Shown here one piece after another: positions 19,290 through 29,574 of a stretch of DNA of 64,000 nt. Source of the stretch: an uncultured cyanobacterium (lineage in GTDB: Bacteria; Cyanobacteriota; Cyanobacteriia; Cyanobacteriales; Cyanobacteriaceae); contig CAVQBA010000004.1 in assembly GCA_963710605.1 (NCBI GenBank), positions 640,001 to 704,000 of the forward strand, given 5' to 3'. Position 1 is the stretch's first letter, and each line of letters opens with the position of its first letter. Made by a program: the position numbers and the translations under genes. The notes under the pieces are model-generated. The model saw nothing but the letters and a program-made list of their open reading frames with translations, was not told where the DNA came from and made no database searches.

Positions 19290-19877
19290 ATGGGTAATCA
19301 AACTAAAGAATGGGAATGTTTAGAGAATATCTGGCAAGGAGGAGAAGAATTAGTTAATTTAGGATTACCTCACTCTCAACTTGCCCCTGCATGGCAAATA
19401 TTATTACTCGGAGATGGTTCGCCAACCAGACATTTGAGACTATTAACCAATGAAACGATCGAGGTTGATGTCATTGATATGTCACCTGTAGGAAATGATA
19501 ACGGTGATGCACCTTTTGATTTAACTATGGTACCAGGACCTAGATTAAGAAGACAAGTTTGGTTGCGTACTGCTAGTGGGCAAAGATTGGCTTATGCCGC
19601 TTCATGGTGGGAAGAAGCCCACGTGGATGAATATTTACAAAATCGCTCTTTACCTATCTGGAAAAGTTTAGCTGATTTACATACCGAATTATATCGAGAT
19701 GTACAAGCTATTTATTATGGTGAATCTAAAGCATTAGAAGCCGATTTTGGTGAAAAAGGACCATTCTGGGGCAGACACTATTTATTTTGGCACGATCGTA
19801 AACCTTTGACTTTAATTTATGAAGTTTTTTCTCCTTATCTACAAAAATACTTAGGCAAGATGAAGAATGAGGGATAA
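19290..19877 (+). CDS. ubiC: Chorismate pyruvate-lyase-like protein (DUF98, cyanobacterial UbiC type)
   Basis: LLLGDGSPTRHL, RRQVWL, LAYAASWW, WGRHY and IYEVFSP motifs. Confidence 0.85.
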   Translation: MGNQTKEWECLENIWQGGEELVNLGLPHSQLAPAWQILLLGDGSPTRHLRLLTNETIEVDVIDMSPVGNDNGDAPFDLTMVPGPRLRRQVWLRTASGQRLAYAASWWEEAHVDEYLQNRSLPIWKSLADLHTELYRDVQAIYYGESKALEADFGEKGPFWGRHYLFWHDRKPLTLIYEVFSPYLQKYLGKMKNEG

Positions 19878-20034
19878 AGGATGAGGGATGAAGTATTTGG
19901 GACATTTCCATGAAAAAAAGTACCAGCCTCATTTTGATTTTACCTCACCCCCAACCCCTCTCCTGCGAGGAGAAGGGAGTAAAAAAAACTTAAACTAATC
20001 GCTCTTGCTATTTTTATTAGTAGAAATCACCTTA

Positions 20035-20086
20035 TTCTTAATTATCAATTATCAATTATCAATTCTCAATTATCAATTCTCAATTC
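20035..20086. repeat. Heptamer tandem repeat (AATTATC/AATTCTC)n, one example of many intergenic STRR-like arrays
   Basis: Directly visible. Similar arrays include TTAACTY at 9894-9923 and 36700-36737, TTACTCC at 25780-25930, and GGAGAAT at 26815-26847. Confidence 0.85.
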
Positions 20087-20779
20087 TTATACATAGCCAT
20101 TTTGAGCTAAAAAATCGAGAGAAATATCTTCAGTTGCAGGTGAATTTTTACCCAAACGATGACTAACTAATCGATCGACATATTTACCCAAAATATCACT
20201 TTCAAGATTTACCCAATCTCCTATTTCTAGAGAAGCTAAATTAGTTTCTTGGTAAGTAACAGGAATAACAGCCACAGAAAACCAAGTAGCTTGTCGATCG
20301 ACTTCAGAGATAGTTAAACTGATACCATTAACCGAAATACTGCCTTTAGAAACTAAATAAGGAGCAAGATAATCTTCCCACTGAGATAAGAGCTTAGGTG
20401 GAGAGGTAAATTTTAATTCCCATGCTTTGGCAAGATTGACTGATTCAATTAAACAACCAATACCATCAACGTGTCCACTGACAAAATGTCCACCTATTTT
20501 ACTCCCAACTCTCAATGAAGTTTCTAAATTGACAGTTTTGTTTTGATTGATATTTTTACCTAAAATAGTCCGATTTAAAGTCTCAGGAGAAGCCGTTGCT
20601 ACAAAACCGCCTCGAATCATTCTTTCGACTGTCAGGCAAACACCATCAACAGCTACACTATCTCCTAAAGCTAAATCATGAGTAATCATCTGTTGACTTT
20701 CAGGCTCAATATCAATCGCAAACAAATCATTACCTAATGGCTTAACTTTACCAACTCCTTGAATCAAACCTGTAAACAT
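20087..20779 (-). CDS. ribE: Riboflavin synthase (alpha chain)
   Basis: MFTGLI, GDSVAVDGVCLTV and GGHFVSGHVD motifs. Confidence 0.95.
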   Translation of the reverse strand: MFTGLIQGVGKVKPLGNDLFAIDIEPESQQMITHDLALGDSVAVDGVCLTVERMIRGGFVATASPETLNRTILGKNINQNKTVNLETSLRVGSKIGGHFVSGHVDGIGCLIESVNLAKAWELKFTSPPKLLSQWEDYLAPYLVSKGSISVNGISLTISEVDRQATWFSVAVIPVTYQETNLASLEIGDWVNLESDILGKYVDRLVSHRLGKNSPATEDISLDFLAQNGYV

Positions 20780-20855
20780 AGATTAATAAATATATAGTGT
20801 GATTAACTTGATTAATAAATAAATAAACAAGAACAAAAATCTAACTTCTCAAATC

Positions 20856-23800
20856 TTAAATCTGTTCGTTATTATCAATCAATTCCTTAGCTGAGGTTAG
20901 CAATTCCTCCTCTAAATAAGGTTTGGTAAAATAAGCCTTTGCTCCTAAATCAGCTGCTATTTTACGATGTTTTTCGGCACCACGAGATGTCACCATCGCC
21001 ACAGGTAATTTAGACAATTCTTTATCTTGTTGCATTTTAGCTAATAATTCCAAACCATTCATTCTTGGCATTTCTATATCACATAGAAGTAAATTACAAG
21101 CTAAGCCATTAGATACTTTATCCCATGCTTCTTGTCCGTCTCTAGCTTGTTCGACTTGATAACCTGCTTTTTTGAATGTCATTGATAACATCTCTCTAAC
21201 TACCACTGAGTCATCGATAATTAAAACCATACGAGCGGTTTTAGGTTTGTTGTTTTTATTGACGGAAGAATTATGTAATGCTGAAGAATTATGTAATTTA
21301 TTAGCTCTCGGTTTTTGTGGTTTTTTAGTACTTCCTGCTAATAATACATCTCCATTAATCATTCTTTTTGCCGCATCAATTAAATCTCTTTCTACATAAG
21401 GTTTAACTAAATAAGCACAAGCCCCTAATTCAGCGGCAATTAATTGATGTTTCTGGGCACCACGAGAAGAGAGAATCGCAACAGGAATATTAGCTAAAGG
21501 TTCTTCTTTTTGCATATTTTGTAATAACTCTAAACCGTTCATTCTCGGCATTTCGATATCGCAAAATACTAAATCGCAAGGAAGCCCCGATCGTAGTTTT
21601 TGCCATGCTTCTTGTCCGTCTCTAGCTTGTTCGACTCGATATCCTGCTTTAGTAAAGCTCAAAGATAACATTTCTCTAACCGTGATTGAGTCATCAACGA
21701 TTAAGACGAAAGGTTGGTTATTGTCTATATCGTTAGTGAAGGAGTTACCAGAAAGATTTAGTGATTCTGGTAAGTTTAGGTTAGTATCTAAGCTGATATT
21801 ACCTTGAGCAATCTCAATTAATTCAATAACATCACCAATGGGCATCACAATCCCATCACTACGTACTGTAGCTCCCGAGATTCCTTTTGGTTTAGGTAAT
21901 GGCCCAGATATTTGTTTGATGACGATTTCTTCTTGCCCTAAAACTTGATCTACCTGAATGGCTAATAGATTGTTACCACCTCGTAAAATGATTATCGGGA
22001 CGGTTTCGTTTTCCGTATTACTGGTATAGACGATACTACGGGTAATTTGACGATTGTATCTTAATAAAGTACCTAAAGGGCGGAATGGTAATAGTTCGTT
22101 GTTCCAACTAATACATTTTTGTCCTTGGGCATTAACTTTAATTTCTTCAGCGGCAAAATCTTTAGTATCTTCGATCGCATCCATCGGAAAGGCGATTCTG
22201 GTATTATCATTCAGACAACATAAAGCTTTACCGACAGTAACTGTTAAAGGTAAACGAATCGTAAATGTACTTCCTTGCCCTAAAGTAGAGTCGATACTAA
22301 CGATGCCTCTAATTTCGTTTAATTTACTCCGAACAATATCTAAACCGACTCCTCTACCTGCATGACTATCTACTTTTTCTTTGGTGGTAAAACCGGCATT
22401 AAATAGAAAGTCGTAAATATCTTGACGTTTGAGGTGTTGAGCTTCAGTAGGAGTGACTAGTTTTCTCTGAATTGCTTTTTTCTTAATAACTTGCGGATCG
22501 ATACCCGCTCCATCATCAGAGACAGAGATTACGGTTTGTTGCCCTTGCAAAAAGGCTCTGACGGTGATTGTACCTTGGGCTGGTTTACCTAATGCTTCTC
22601 TTTCTTCAGGTAATTCTGTTCCGTGAGTAACTGAATTTTTTGTAAGTTGTAAAAGAGGATCCCAGATATGTTCTAAGATCATTTTATCGATTAAAACTTC
22701 TCTACCTTCAATTTTTAGTTGTACTTGTTTGTGATAACTTTCAGCTATTTTACGAATCGGTAAGGGTAAACGATCGGCATTTTGGGCAAACGGTACCATC
22801 CTCGATTTGTTAATCCCTTCTTGTAGTTGGGTTGTTACTTCTCGTAAATTACGACCTAATTGATCTGTTTCATCTACTAGAAACTGAATGTCTGAGGTTG
22901 ATTCTCGCACCTTAACAATTAATTCAATAATTTCTTGTGATAGTAAATGGAAACCTGTAAAACGATCGAGTTCTAATTCATCTAATTGAGGAGATTTATT
23001 TTTAAGATTAGTTTTAGTAATTTTATAAGGCTTATCCGAATTTTTATTAATACTCGTTATTTGATTTCTAGCTAACTGAGCTTGTACTGTCGCTTGATTA
23101 CGACGACGACTATCCATTAATGAGCCTTCTAGCAAACTTCTTTCGTACAAATCTTGCATCCGACTACTAACATCACTCAAATTTTGAACTTGACTGAGTA
23201 AATTATCTAAAAATTGTCTGAGTTTATCTTGATCTTCTTCTAAACGATTACGTCTAACAACCATTTCCCCAATTAAATTATTCAGGTTATCTAGTTGTTT
23301 GACAGGTACACGCATACTTTGCTCAAATACTCTACCAAGATTAGTAGTTTTGTTATTAGCATTTTTACCACGAGTATTCGGTTTCCATTTTGCCTGTGTT
23401 GCTGAGACATTTTCAGCTTGAGCGAGAAGTTTATCTAAGTCACTTAATGAAGACAAAGAAGCAAGCTCAGGTTTTTTTTCTTCAAATTGAGTTAAATTAT
23501 TTTCGATTTCGACACTTTCTACTATTTGCTCTAATTCTTGCCAATTAATCTGCGTTTGGTATTTAGAAGCCAAATTTAATAATTTATCTAATTCACTATT
23601 ATCTTCGTAATAGTTAATCTTTTCTTCTTCTTGTTGTGAAACCAGAGAATCTAATTCACCACGTAAATCTATTTCTAACCAAGAGCAAGAAGAAGCGAGT
23701 ATTTGTTCTAACTCAGTGAATTGATCATAATAAATAGTTTTATTATCTTTAAGATTAAACGGTTTAAGAATTTGGAATGTGCTTACACTACCTGTACTGG

Positions 23801-24890
23801 GAAAATTGTCTTCTATATCTAAATCATCTAAACTGTTAAGAATTTCTTCTAGTTCAAAATTATCCTCTTCATCTTCACTATTTTCTGAATCTCGCTCCTC
23901 AAAAGTAGAAGTGTTTTCCTGAGTTAAGGTAAAAAGATTATCAAAGTCATCTAATTGATCAACATCAAAGTTTTCTTGACTAATGGTGAGTTGAGAATTT
24001 TGCTCCGTCTCCATTGGGGAGTCTAAATCTAAGCTATCGAATAACTGATCAAATTGTTCATTTTCGTCAAATTCTTCTATTTCCACTGGTGAAGATTCAA
24101 TCACTTCTTCAAAAATTATTTCTGATTCATCTTGATTCCATTGATCTATATCTAACTCTTGACTAATTCGGCTATTTTCTAATAAATTTTCCAAAGCATC
24201 TGTTTCTTCATTTTTCTGATAACTATTGATTGCGGTATCTTGCTCTTGGATAAACACACCACTAATTTGTTCGTCATCATCTTCAAAATCATCATCTAGC
24301 CAATTTTCAAATAAATTATCTGTATCGTCTAACTCTAATGTTTCGTCTTCTGGAGTAACTTGTTCACCAAAATCAACACCTAAAGATTCTTCTGCGATTG
24401 AATTATTCGGCACTAAATCAGCTTTTTCCTGATTCGTTTCACCCCATAAGTCTGTATTTAATGTAGTGCTGGTAATTTGCTCTTGCTCTTCAATTGTTTC
24501 TTCTTCTGTAAAAATTGTTTGTATATCCATCAATCTCGCTCTAACTTGAGGAGCGAGTTTTTGTAGTTTGTTACTAGCACAAATAGAGTTAACATTATTT
24601 TGGATTAATTGTTCGCTAGCGGCTTTGATTTCTTTAATTATTAGTTTGGTTGTTGATTGAAAATCGTTTTTGGGTTCAACGATTGCTATTTTTGCCGTTT
24701 CCATCAAATCTACCCAACCAAAAAGGTTTTGTTTTTTCCCTTGAGCTGATAAATAGTCACAATGCCCCCTCAATTTTTCTCGATGACGACTACTATCACC
24801 TTGTTTGAGAATTTTTAACATTTCTCCTAAACGTAGAAGTGTCTGCTTATATAATTTTTGGACTTTTTGGGCTTGTTCGCTGGTAAACAT
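20856..24890 (-). CDS. CheA-like hybrid kinase (PilL-C type): acidic linker, dimerisation, HATPase, CheW and two REC domains
   Basis: MRVPVKQLDNLNNLIGEMVV, DDGAGID, GFTT, GRGVGLD and two VDDS/IDDS...CDIEMPRMNG REC domains. No Hpt AHSxKG motif was seen. Confidence 0.9.
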   Translation of the reverse strand: MFTSEQAQKVQKLYKQTLLRLGEMLKILKQGDSSRHREKLRGHCDYLSAQGKKQNLFGWVDLMETAKIAIVEPKNDFQSTTKLIIKEIKAASEQLIQNNVNSICASNKLQKLAPQVRARLMDIQTIFTEEETIEEQEQITSTTLNTDLWGETNQEKADLVPNNSIAEESLGVDFGEQVTPEDETLELDDTDNLFENWLDDDFEDDDEQISGVFIQEQDTAINSYQKNEETDALENLLENSRISQELDIDQWNQDESEIIFEEVIESSPVEIEEFDENEQFDQLFDSLDLDSPMETEQNSQLTISQENFDVDQLDDFDNLFTLTQENTSTFEERDSENSEDEEDNFELEEILNSLDDLDIEDNFPSTGSVSTFQILKPFNLKDNKTIYYDQFTELEQILASSCSWLEIDLRGELDSLVSQQEEEKINYYEDNSELDKLLNLASKYQTQINWQELEQIVESVEIENNLTQFEEKKPELASLSSLSDLDKLLAQAENVSATQAKWKPNTRGKNANNKTTNLGRVFEQSMRVPVKQLDNLNNLIGEMVVRRNRLEEDQDKLRQFLDNLLSQVQNLSDVSSRMQDLYERSLLEGSLMDSRRRNQATVQAQLARNQITSINKNSDKPYKITKTNLKNKSPQLDELELDRFTGFHLLSQEIIELIVKVRESTSDIQFLVDETDQLGRNLREVTTQLQEGINKSRMVPFAQNADRLPLPIRKIAESYHKQVQLKIEGREVLIDKMILEHIWDPLLQLTKNSVTHGTELPEEREALGKPAQGTITVRAFLQGQQTVISVSDDGAGIDPQVIKKKAIQRKLVTPTEAQHLKRQDIYDFLFNAGFTTKEKVDSHAGRGVGLDIVRSKLNEIRGIVSIDSTLGQGSTFTIRLPLTVTVGKALCCLNDNTRIAFPMDAIEDTKDFAAEEIKVNAQGQKCISWNNELLPFRPLGTLLRYNRQITRSIVYTSNTENETVPIIILRGGNNLLAIQVDQVLGQEEIVIKQISGPLPKPKGISGATVRSDGIVMPIGDVIELIEIAQGNISLDTNLNLPESLNLSGNSFTNDIDNNQPFVLIVDDSITVREMLSLSFTKAGYRVEQARDGQEAWQKLRSGLPCDLVFCDIEMPRMNGLELLQNMQKEEPLANIPVAILSSRGAQKHQLIAAELGACAYLVKPYVERDLIDAAKRMINGDVLLAGSTKKPQKPRANKLHNSSALHNSSVNKNNKPKTARMVLIIDDSVVVREMLSMTFKKAGYQVEQARDGQEAWDKVSNGLACNLLLCDIEMPRMNGLELLAKMQQDKELSKLPVAMVTSRGAEKHRKIAADLGAKAYFTKPYLEEELLTSAKELIDNNEQI

Positions 24891-25800
24891 AAACACTTAA
24901 AAAAATTGGTAAATTTTCACTTACAGTTTCAGTTAACAATTAGTCTGCTCGATCGACTTGCGAATAATGATTAATCAATCAATTAATCACCAACCTTTAT
25001 GATCAACTTAGAAGTTTCGCTTAATCGGTATTTTTTGAGAGAAAACAAAAAGTTCAAGTTAATGAATAGTTTGTTTAATTAAATTTAATCAATCATAATC
25101 AATAATTCTGCTTAAATCAGTCGGCAAGTACACATAATTTATTTTTTATTGGTCAAATACAATTTTTTAACTTACTTCTTTCTAGAAAACCATCAATTTA
25201 TTAATCTGAATTAAAGCAAGAAAAACAGCTAATTAGTTTTGTTTTGACATTTACTTTTTTCTTAGTATATGATTATTTAGGTAACTGAGGAAAAATAAAA
25301 ATCTAGATTAGGTGAAAGAATATATCGAACTTAATTTTAGTTTTGATTAACAATTAGTTGAGCTTCAAACAAAGGTTAGTTAGTTAACTGATTTTGATTT
25401 GATCACTTAGTTATATTTTCGATGATTGCGGATGAGTTCGTATCGAGTTGTGCAAAAATCGTCTTAGTTGTTTATGACTGATATTTACAACAATGCTCAG
25501 TATTTTTTTGTTTAGTATAACTCAATCATAGCTTTTTTTTAGTCATTAGTTGCTTATTTGTCAACTGTCTTTGTCAAAGTAACTAGTGTCTAGTAGTAAT
25601 AGCTTAGCTCACTACACTACACACGATCGATCGCCTCTAACACGACAAACGTTAACTACTTAGCCTTAGCAATTGATACCTAAGACGATCGATAATAACT
25701 ATCAGTCAAAAGGGCACTCGTGCAAGTTAGGTGTTAAAAGTTAAAAAAGGCACTCCATGCAAGAGTTGAATTCACTCATTCTCCTTACTCCTTACTCCTT

Positions 25801-25850
25801 GCGGTGGAAGCCCGCGTCGGCGTAAGACGCAAGGGAATGTCCACCAAGAC
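25801..25850. mobile_element. 50-bp GC-rich small dispersed element, copy 2, inside a (TTACTCC)n array
   Basis: Removing it restores the heptamer phase TTACTCCTT|ACTCCTT. Confidence 0.8.
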
Positions 25851-26017
25851 ACTCCTTACTCCTTACTCCTTACTTCTTACTCATTACTCCTTACTCCTTA
25901 CTCCTTACTTCTTACTCATTACTCATTACCCTTGATTTTTTGGTAACGATGAATTATCAATTGTTCATTGCTATACTATCAAAGGTTAAATATTAAATAT
26001 TAGGTAGGTTTTCAAGC

Positions 26018-26806
26018 ATGGAGATACGTAGTTTTTCTCACCTCGATACTCTCAATCAATATGTGGGTGCAAAACTATTAGCAGAATTTAAACAACATAC
26101 TCAGTCAATTCACTTTCTACCTACAGGAAATACTTATCTTGGTTGTTACAAAGTATTAATTGATTTAATTGAAAAGGATGAATCTCTTGATTTTTCTGAA
26201 CTTGTCTTGGTAAATCTAGATGAATATGTTGAAGAAGGTTATCCTCTTAATCTCAACGATACTCGATCGTTTGCTTATTATATGCAACCAATCATTAAAG
26301 TATTACAAAAACGTGGCTTTCGCCCAGAAAATCATTTATTTCCTTACTCTAAAAATGATCAAACTCCTTTTACTCCTTTCCAACAATTAACTAAATTTGA
26401 TAAATGGCTTCAACAAAAAGAATGTGAATGTGCTTCTGTTTTTCTCGGTTTAGGTCCTAAAAAATCACCTCATTTAGCTTTTTGCTCACCGGGATATACC
26501 CACAATTTTAAGCAATCTTGGCAGGATATCGGGGCATATGTAGGTCCTGTCGATCAAGCAACAAGAAACGCTAATACAGCTAATTACGGTATGGATAAAG
26601 AGAAAAATGTACCTTATTGGTCATGTACTATTTCTTCGGGTACATTATGGAAGATTGCACCAAAAAAAGTTTACTTAGTAGCTTATGGAGATAACAAAGA
26701 TATTTCGGTGATTAATGGTTTTTCAGATGTGGGTACAAATCCTGCTTCGGTATTACCTATTTTAGAACGTAGAGGAACATCGGTAGAGATTATTACCATT
26801 AAATGA
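26018..26806 (+). CDS. Divergent NagB/glucosamine-6-phosphate isomerase-fold protein
   Basis: LPTGNT, NLDEYV, SFAYYM, LGLG....HLAF..PG and PASVL motifs. Confidence 0.75.
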   Translation: MEIRSFSHLDTLNQYVGAKLLAEFKQHTQSIHFLPTGNTYLGCYKVLIDLIEKDESLDFSELVLVNLDEYVEEGYPLNLNDTRSFAYYMQPIIKVLQKRGFRPENHLFPYSKNDQTPFTPFQQLTKFDKWLQQKECECASVFLGLGPKKSPHLAFCSPGYTHNFKQSWQDIGAYVGPVDQATRNANTANYGMDKEKNVPYWSCTISSGTLWKIAPKKVYLVAYGDNKDISVINGFSDVGTNPASVLPILERRGTSVEIITIK

Positions 26807-26907
26807 GTAGGTATAAGAATGGAGAATGGAGAATGGAGAATGGAGAATAAATAACAAATAACTCTTAATTTTTAACTGTTAACTGTTCATTGTTCATTGT
26901 TCACTTT

Positions 26908-27363
26908 TTATGCGATCGTGGTTTTATTTTCTAAATAATCAGCTAATTGTCGATCGTGATCATGGGCTAAATTACCAACGGGTATATCTTCAACTTCAAA
27001 TGCTTTAACCTCCACTACTTCCATGGTGTCTGTTATTTTGATTGTGCCAGTAACTTCGATCGCAATTAAAATAGCAATAGAATGTAAACGTGGATCACGA
27101 TTAGGAGCAGAATAAACACCTACTAAACGTTTAATTTGTTGGAAATCTAAACCCGTTTCTTCTTTTAACTCTCTTTTTAAAGTCAAGGGAATATCTTCTC
27201 CCCAATCTACCATTCCTCCGGGTAAACTCCATTGTTGAGTATCCCTGCGATAAACCAAAACGATTTTACCATCAGGTAAAACAGGAATTAATGAAACTCC
27301 TAATACAGGATGGCGAAATATTACTTTTAATACCCCTGAAATGTATTGCCATTTTAACCACAT
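26908..27363 (-). CDS. NUDIX hydrolase
   Basis: LPGGMVDWGEDIPLTLKRELKEETGL Nudix box. Confidence 0.9.
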   Translation of the reverse strand: MWLKWQYISGVLKVIFRHPVLGVSLIPVLPDGKIVLVYRRDTQQWSLPGGMVDWGEDIPLTLKRELKEETGLDFQQIKRLVGVYSAPNRDPRLHSIAILIAIEVTGTIKITDTMEVVEVKAFEVEDIPVGNLAHDHDRQLADYLENKTTIA

Positions 27364-27697
27364 AAAAACTATTTAAGATTTTAAACCTGTATTTGTTTCT
27401 GTAAATATAAATACATCTTAAACCTTTTGTCAGCTAACGACTACTATTTGTTTGGCTGATTTCTAAATCATAAAAATACCAATGCGATTACCATAACTTT
27501 CTTCTCTTACGCTTGAGAGGGATTGGGGGTAAGGTAATAATGAGTAAGAAGTAATAATTAATCTCATACTTAAGTCGTTTAACTCATAGAGAGTAGCTTC
27601 GATCGAAGTTTGAATTAATACTTGTATAATTGAAATTAAAAATTAAATATCAAAAATATTAAAGATATCGGATAAACAATTTAAGAAGCTAATTAAA

Positions 27698-29416
27698 ATG
27701 AAGAATAACTTCTCTGAATTAGGAAAAGTAATTAACGATCGTTATCAAGTCATGGCGATGATAGGTAAAGGTGGTATGGGTATAACCTATCACGCTAAAG
27801 ATTTACAAACAAATACAAATGTTGCTCTTAAAAGTATTTCTTTAAAACAAGTTAATGACTGGAAACAAATTGAATTAATCGAAAGAGAAGCGAGTGTTTT
27901 ACAACAGTTAAATCATCCTGCTATTCCTCAGTATTTAGATTATTTTCAAGTTGATAAGGATAACGATCGCTTTTTTTATATTATCCAAGAATTAGTTGAA
28001 GGTAAATCTTTAGATAAATGGGTACAACAAGGATGGCGAATAGATGAACAAGAATTGAAAAATATTGCTAAGCAAATACTTAATATACTTATTTATTTAC
28101 ATCAACAAAAACCACCAATAATTCATCGAGATATTAAACCCCAAAATTTGATTAGAAACGAAGCAGGAAAAATATTTTTAGTTGATTTTGGTGCAGTACA
28201 AAACGCTTATTATAATACCATTGCTAAAGGTAGTACGATGGTTGGTACTTATGGTTATATGCCTTTAGAACAATCTTCAGGACAAGTAACTCCAGCTAGT
28301 GATTTATATAGTACTGGTGCTACTTTATTATACTTACTAACTCATCGATCGCCCTCGGAATTAGATGATGATAGTTTAAGCATAAATGTGGCAAAATGTC
28401 TAGAAAATAATAATCTTTCCCAAGGAATTATTAACTGGTTAGAAAAGATGTTAGAATCTGACGTTGACGATCGTTTTCAAACAGCAGAAGAAGCGTTATT
28501 AGTTTTAGATAAACCACATTTGATTAAAAAAGAGAAAAAGAACAGAAAAAACTTATTAAAAGGTTCGATCGCTATATTATTTTTAGGAGTTACAGGATTT
28601 TTTCTGACGAATAACTTAGTTGAAAATAGGTTGTTATATCTTTCTTATCTTGGCTATTATCCGCAAGAAGTATGTCCATTCACTCCAGAAAGCCCAACAA
28701 AAATATCAAACTTATTAAACGATGATAAAAACATACCTTTAGTAGTAAAAGTAGTCAATAAAAACCCCTCATGCTTCATTACTTTAGAGCGAAATAGTAA
28801 TCTTAAAATTATTAAATTATTAATAAAAAACGGGTTAGATATTAATACCAAAACTCAACCTCATGGTAAAGCATTACTTCATCAAGTAACAAACATAGAA
28901 ATAGCTAAACTACTAATTGAAAATGGTGCTGATGTTAATGTTAAAGATGATGATGGTAATACACCTCTTCATGATTCTCGGGATATTAAAATTAGCAAAT
29001 TACTAATCGAAAATGGTGCTAATGTTAATGCTAGAGATAGTAATGGTAATACTCTTCTTCATGATCCTCAAGATATTGCAATTATTAGATTACTAATCGA
29101 AAATGGTGCTAATGTTAATGCTCAAAATAATAATAGTGATACACCTCTTCATGATTCTCGGGATATTGAAATTAGCAAATTACTAATCGAAAACGGTGCT
29201 GATGTTAACGCTAGAAATCAGTATGGTAGTACTCCTCTTCATCATTCTTGGGATTTTGAAATTTCACAATTACTAGTAGAAAATGGTGCTGATATTAATA
29301 CTAAAAATAATCATGGTGATACTCCTTTTGATTCTAATTCTTTGAATCCTTGGGAGATAACGTTATGCACCATCCTGGCTATCTTTGGAATGTTGTTTGG
29401 TGAAACAAAGAAATGA
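27698..29416 (+). CDS. Ser/Thr protein kinase with a TM helix and ankyrin repeats
   Basis: GKGGMG, VALK, HRDIKPQN and DFG motifs; 30-aa repeats LLIENGAxVNxxxxxGxTPLH. Confidence 0.92.
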   Translation: MKNNFSELGKVINDRYQVMAMIGKGGMGITYHAKDLQTNTNVALKSISLKQVNDWKQIELIEREASVLQQLNHPAIPQYLDYFQVDKDNDRFFYIIQELVEGKSLDKWVQQGWRIDEQELKNIAKQILNILIYLHQQKPPIIHRDIKPQNLIRNEAGKIFLVDFGAVQNAYYNTIAKGSTMVGTYGYMPLEQSSGQVTPASDLYSTGATLLYLLTHRSPSELDDDSLSINVAKCLENNNLSQGIINWLEKMLESDVDDRFQTAEEALLVLDKPHLIKKEKKNRKNLLKGSIAILFLGVTGFFLTNNLVENRLLYLSYLGYYPQEVCPFTPESPTKISNLLNDDKNIPLVVKVVNKNPSCFITLERNSNLKIIKLLIKNGLDINTKTQPHGKALLHQVTNIEIAKLLIENGADVNVKDDDGNTPLHDSRDIKISKLLIENGANVNARDSNGNTLLHDPQDIAIIRLLIENGANVNAQNNNSDTPLHDSRDIEISKLLIENGADVNARNQYGSTPLHHSWDFEISQLLVENGADINTKNNHGDTPFDSNSLNPWEITLCTILAIFGMLFGETKK

Positions 29417-29574
29417 CTAATTGAAAACGGTGCTAATGTCAATGCTAAAAATAATCATGGTGATACTCCTGTTCAAACTTTTCTAAATATAAACAGAAAT
29501 AATCTTTTACGTCGAAATGAAGCTAAATAAATAATTTTTTTCATTATTAATATTCATTATTTTTATTATTTATT

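Noticed and set aside
3374-29416. TGA recoding (alternative genetic code), suggested by three in-frame TGAs
   Set aside because: TGA is the apparent true stop of several genes here (integrase, coaX, nurA, nadV, nrtR), and two of the three cases are explained by GAT CGA to GAT TGA.
28860-29530. Diversity-generating retroelement TR/VR pair in the ankyrin repeats
   Set aside because: No reverse transcriptase is in the window and the repeat differences are not confined to adenines; this looks like ordinary tandem repeat divergence.
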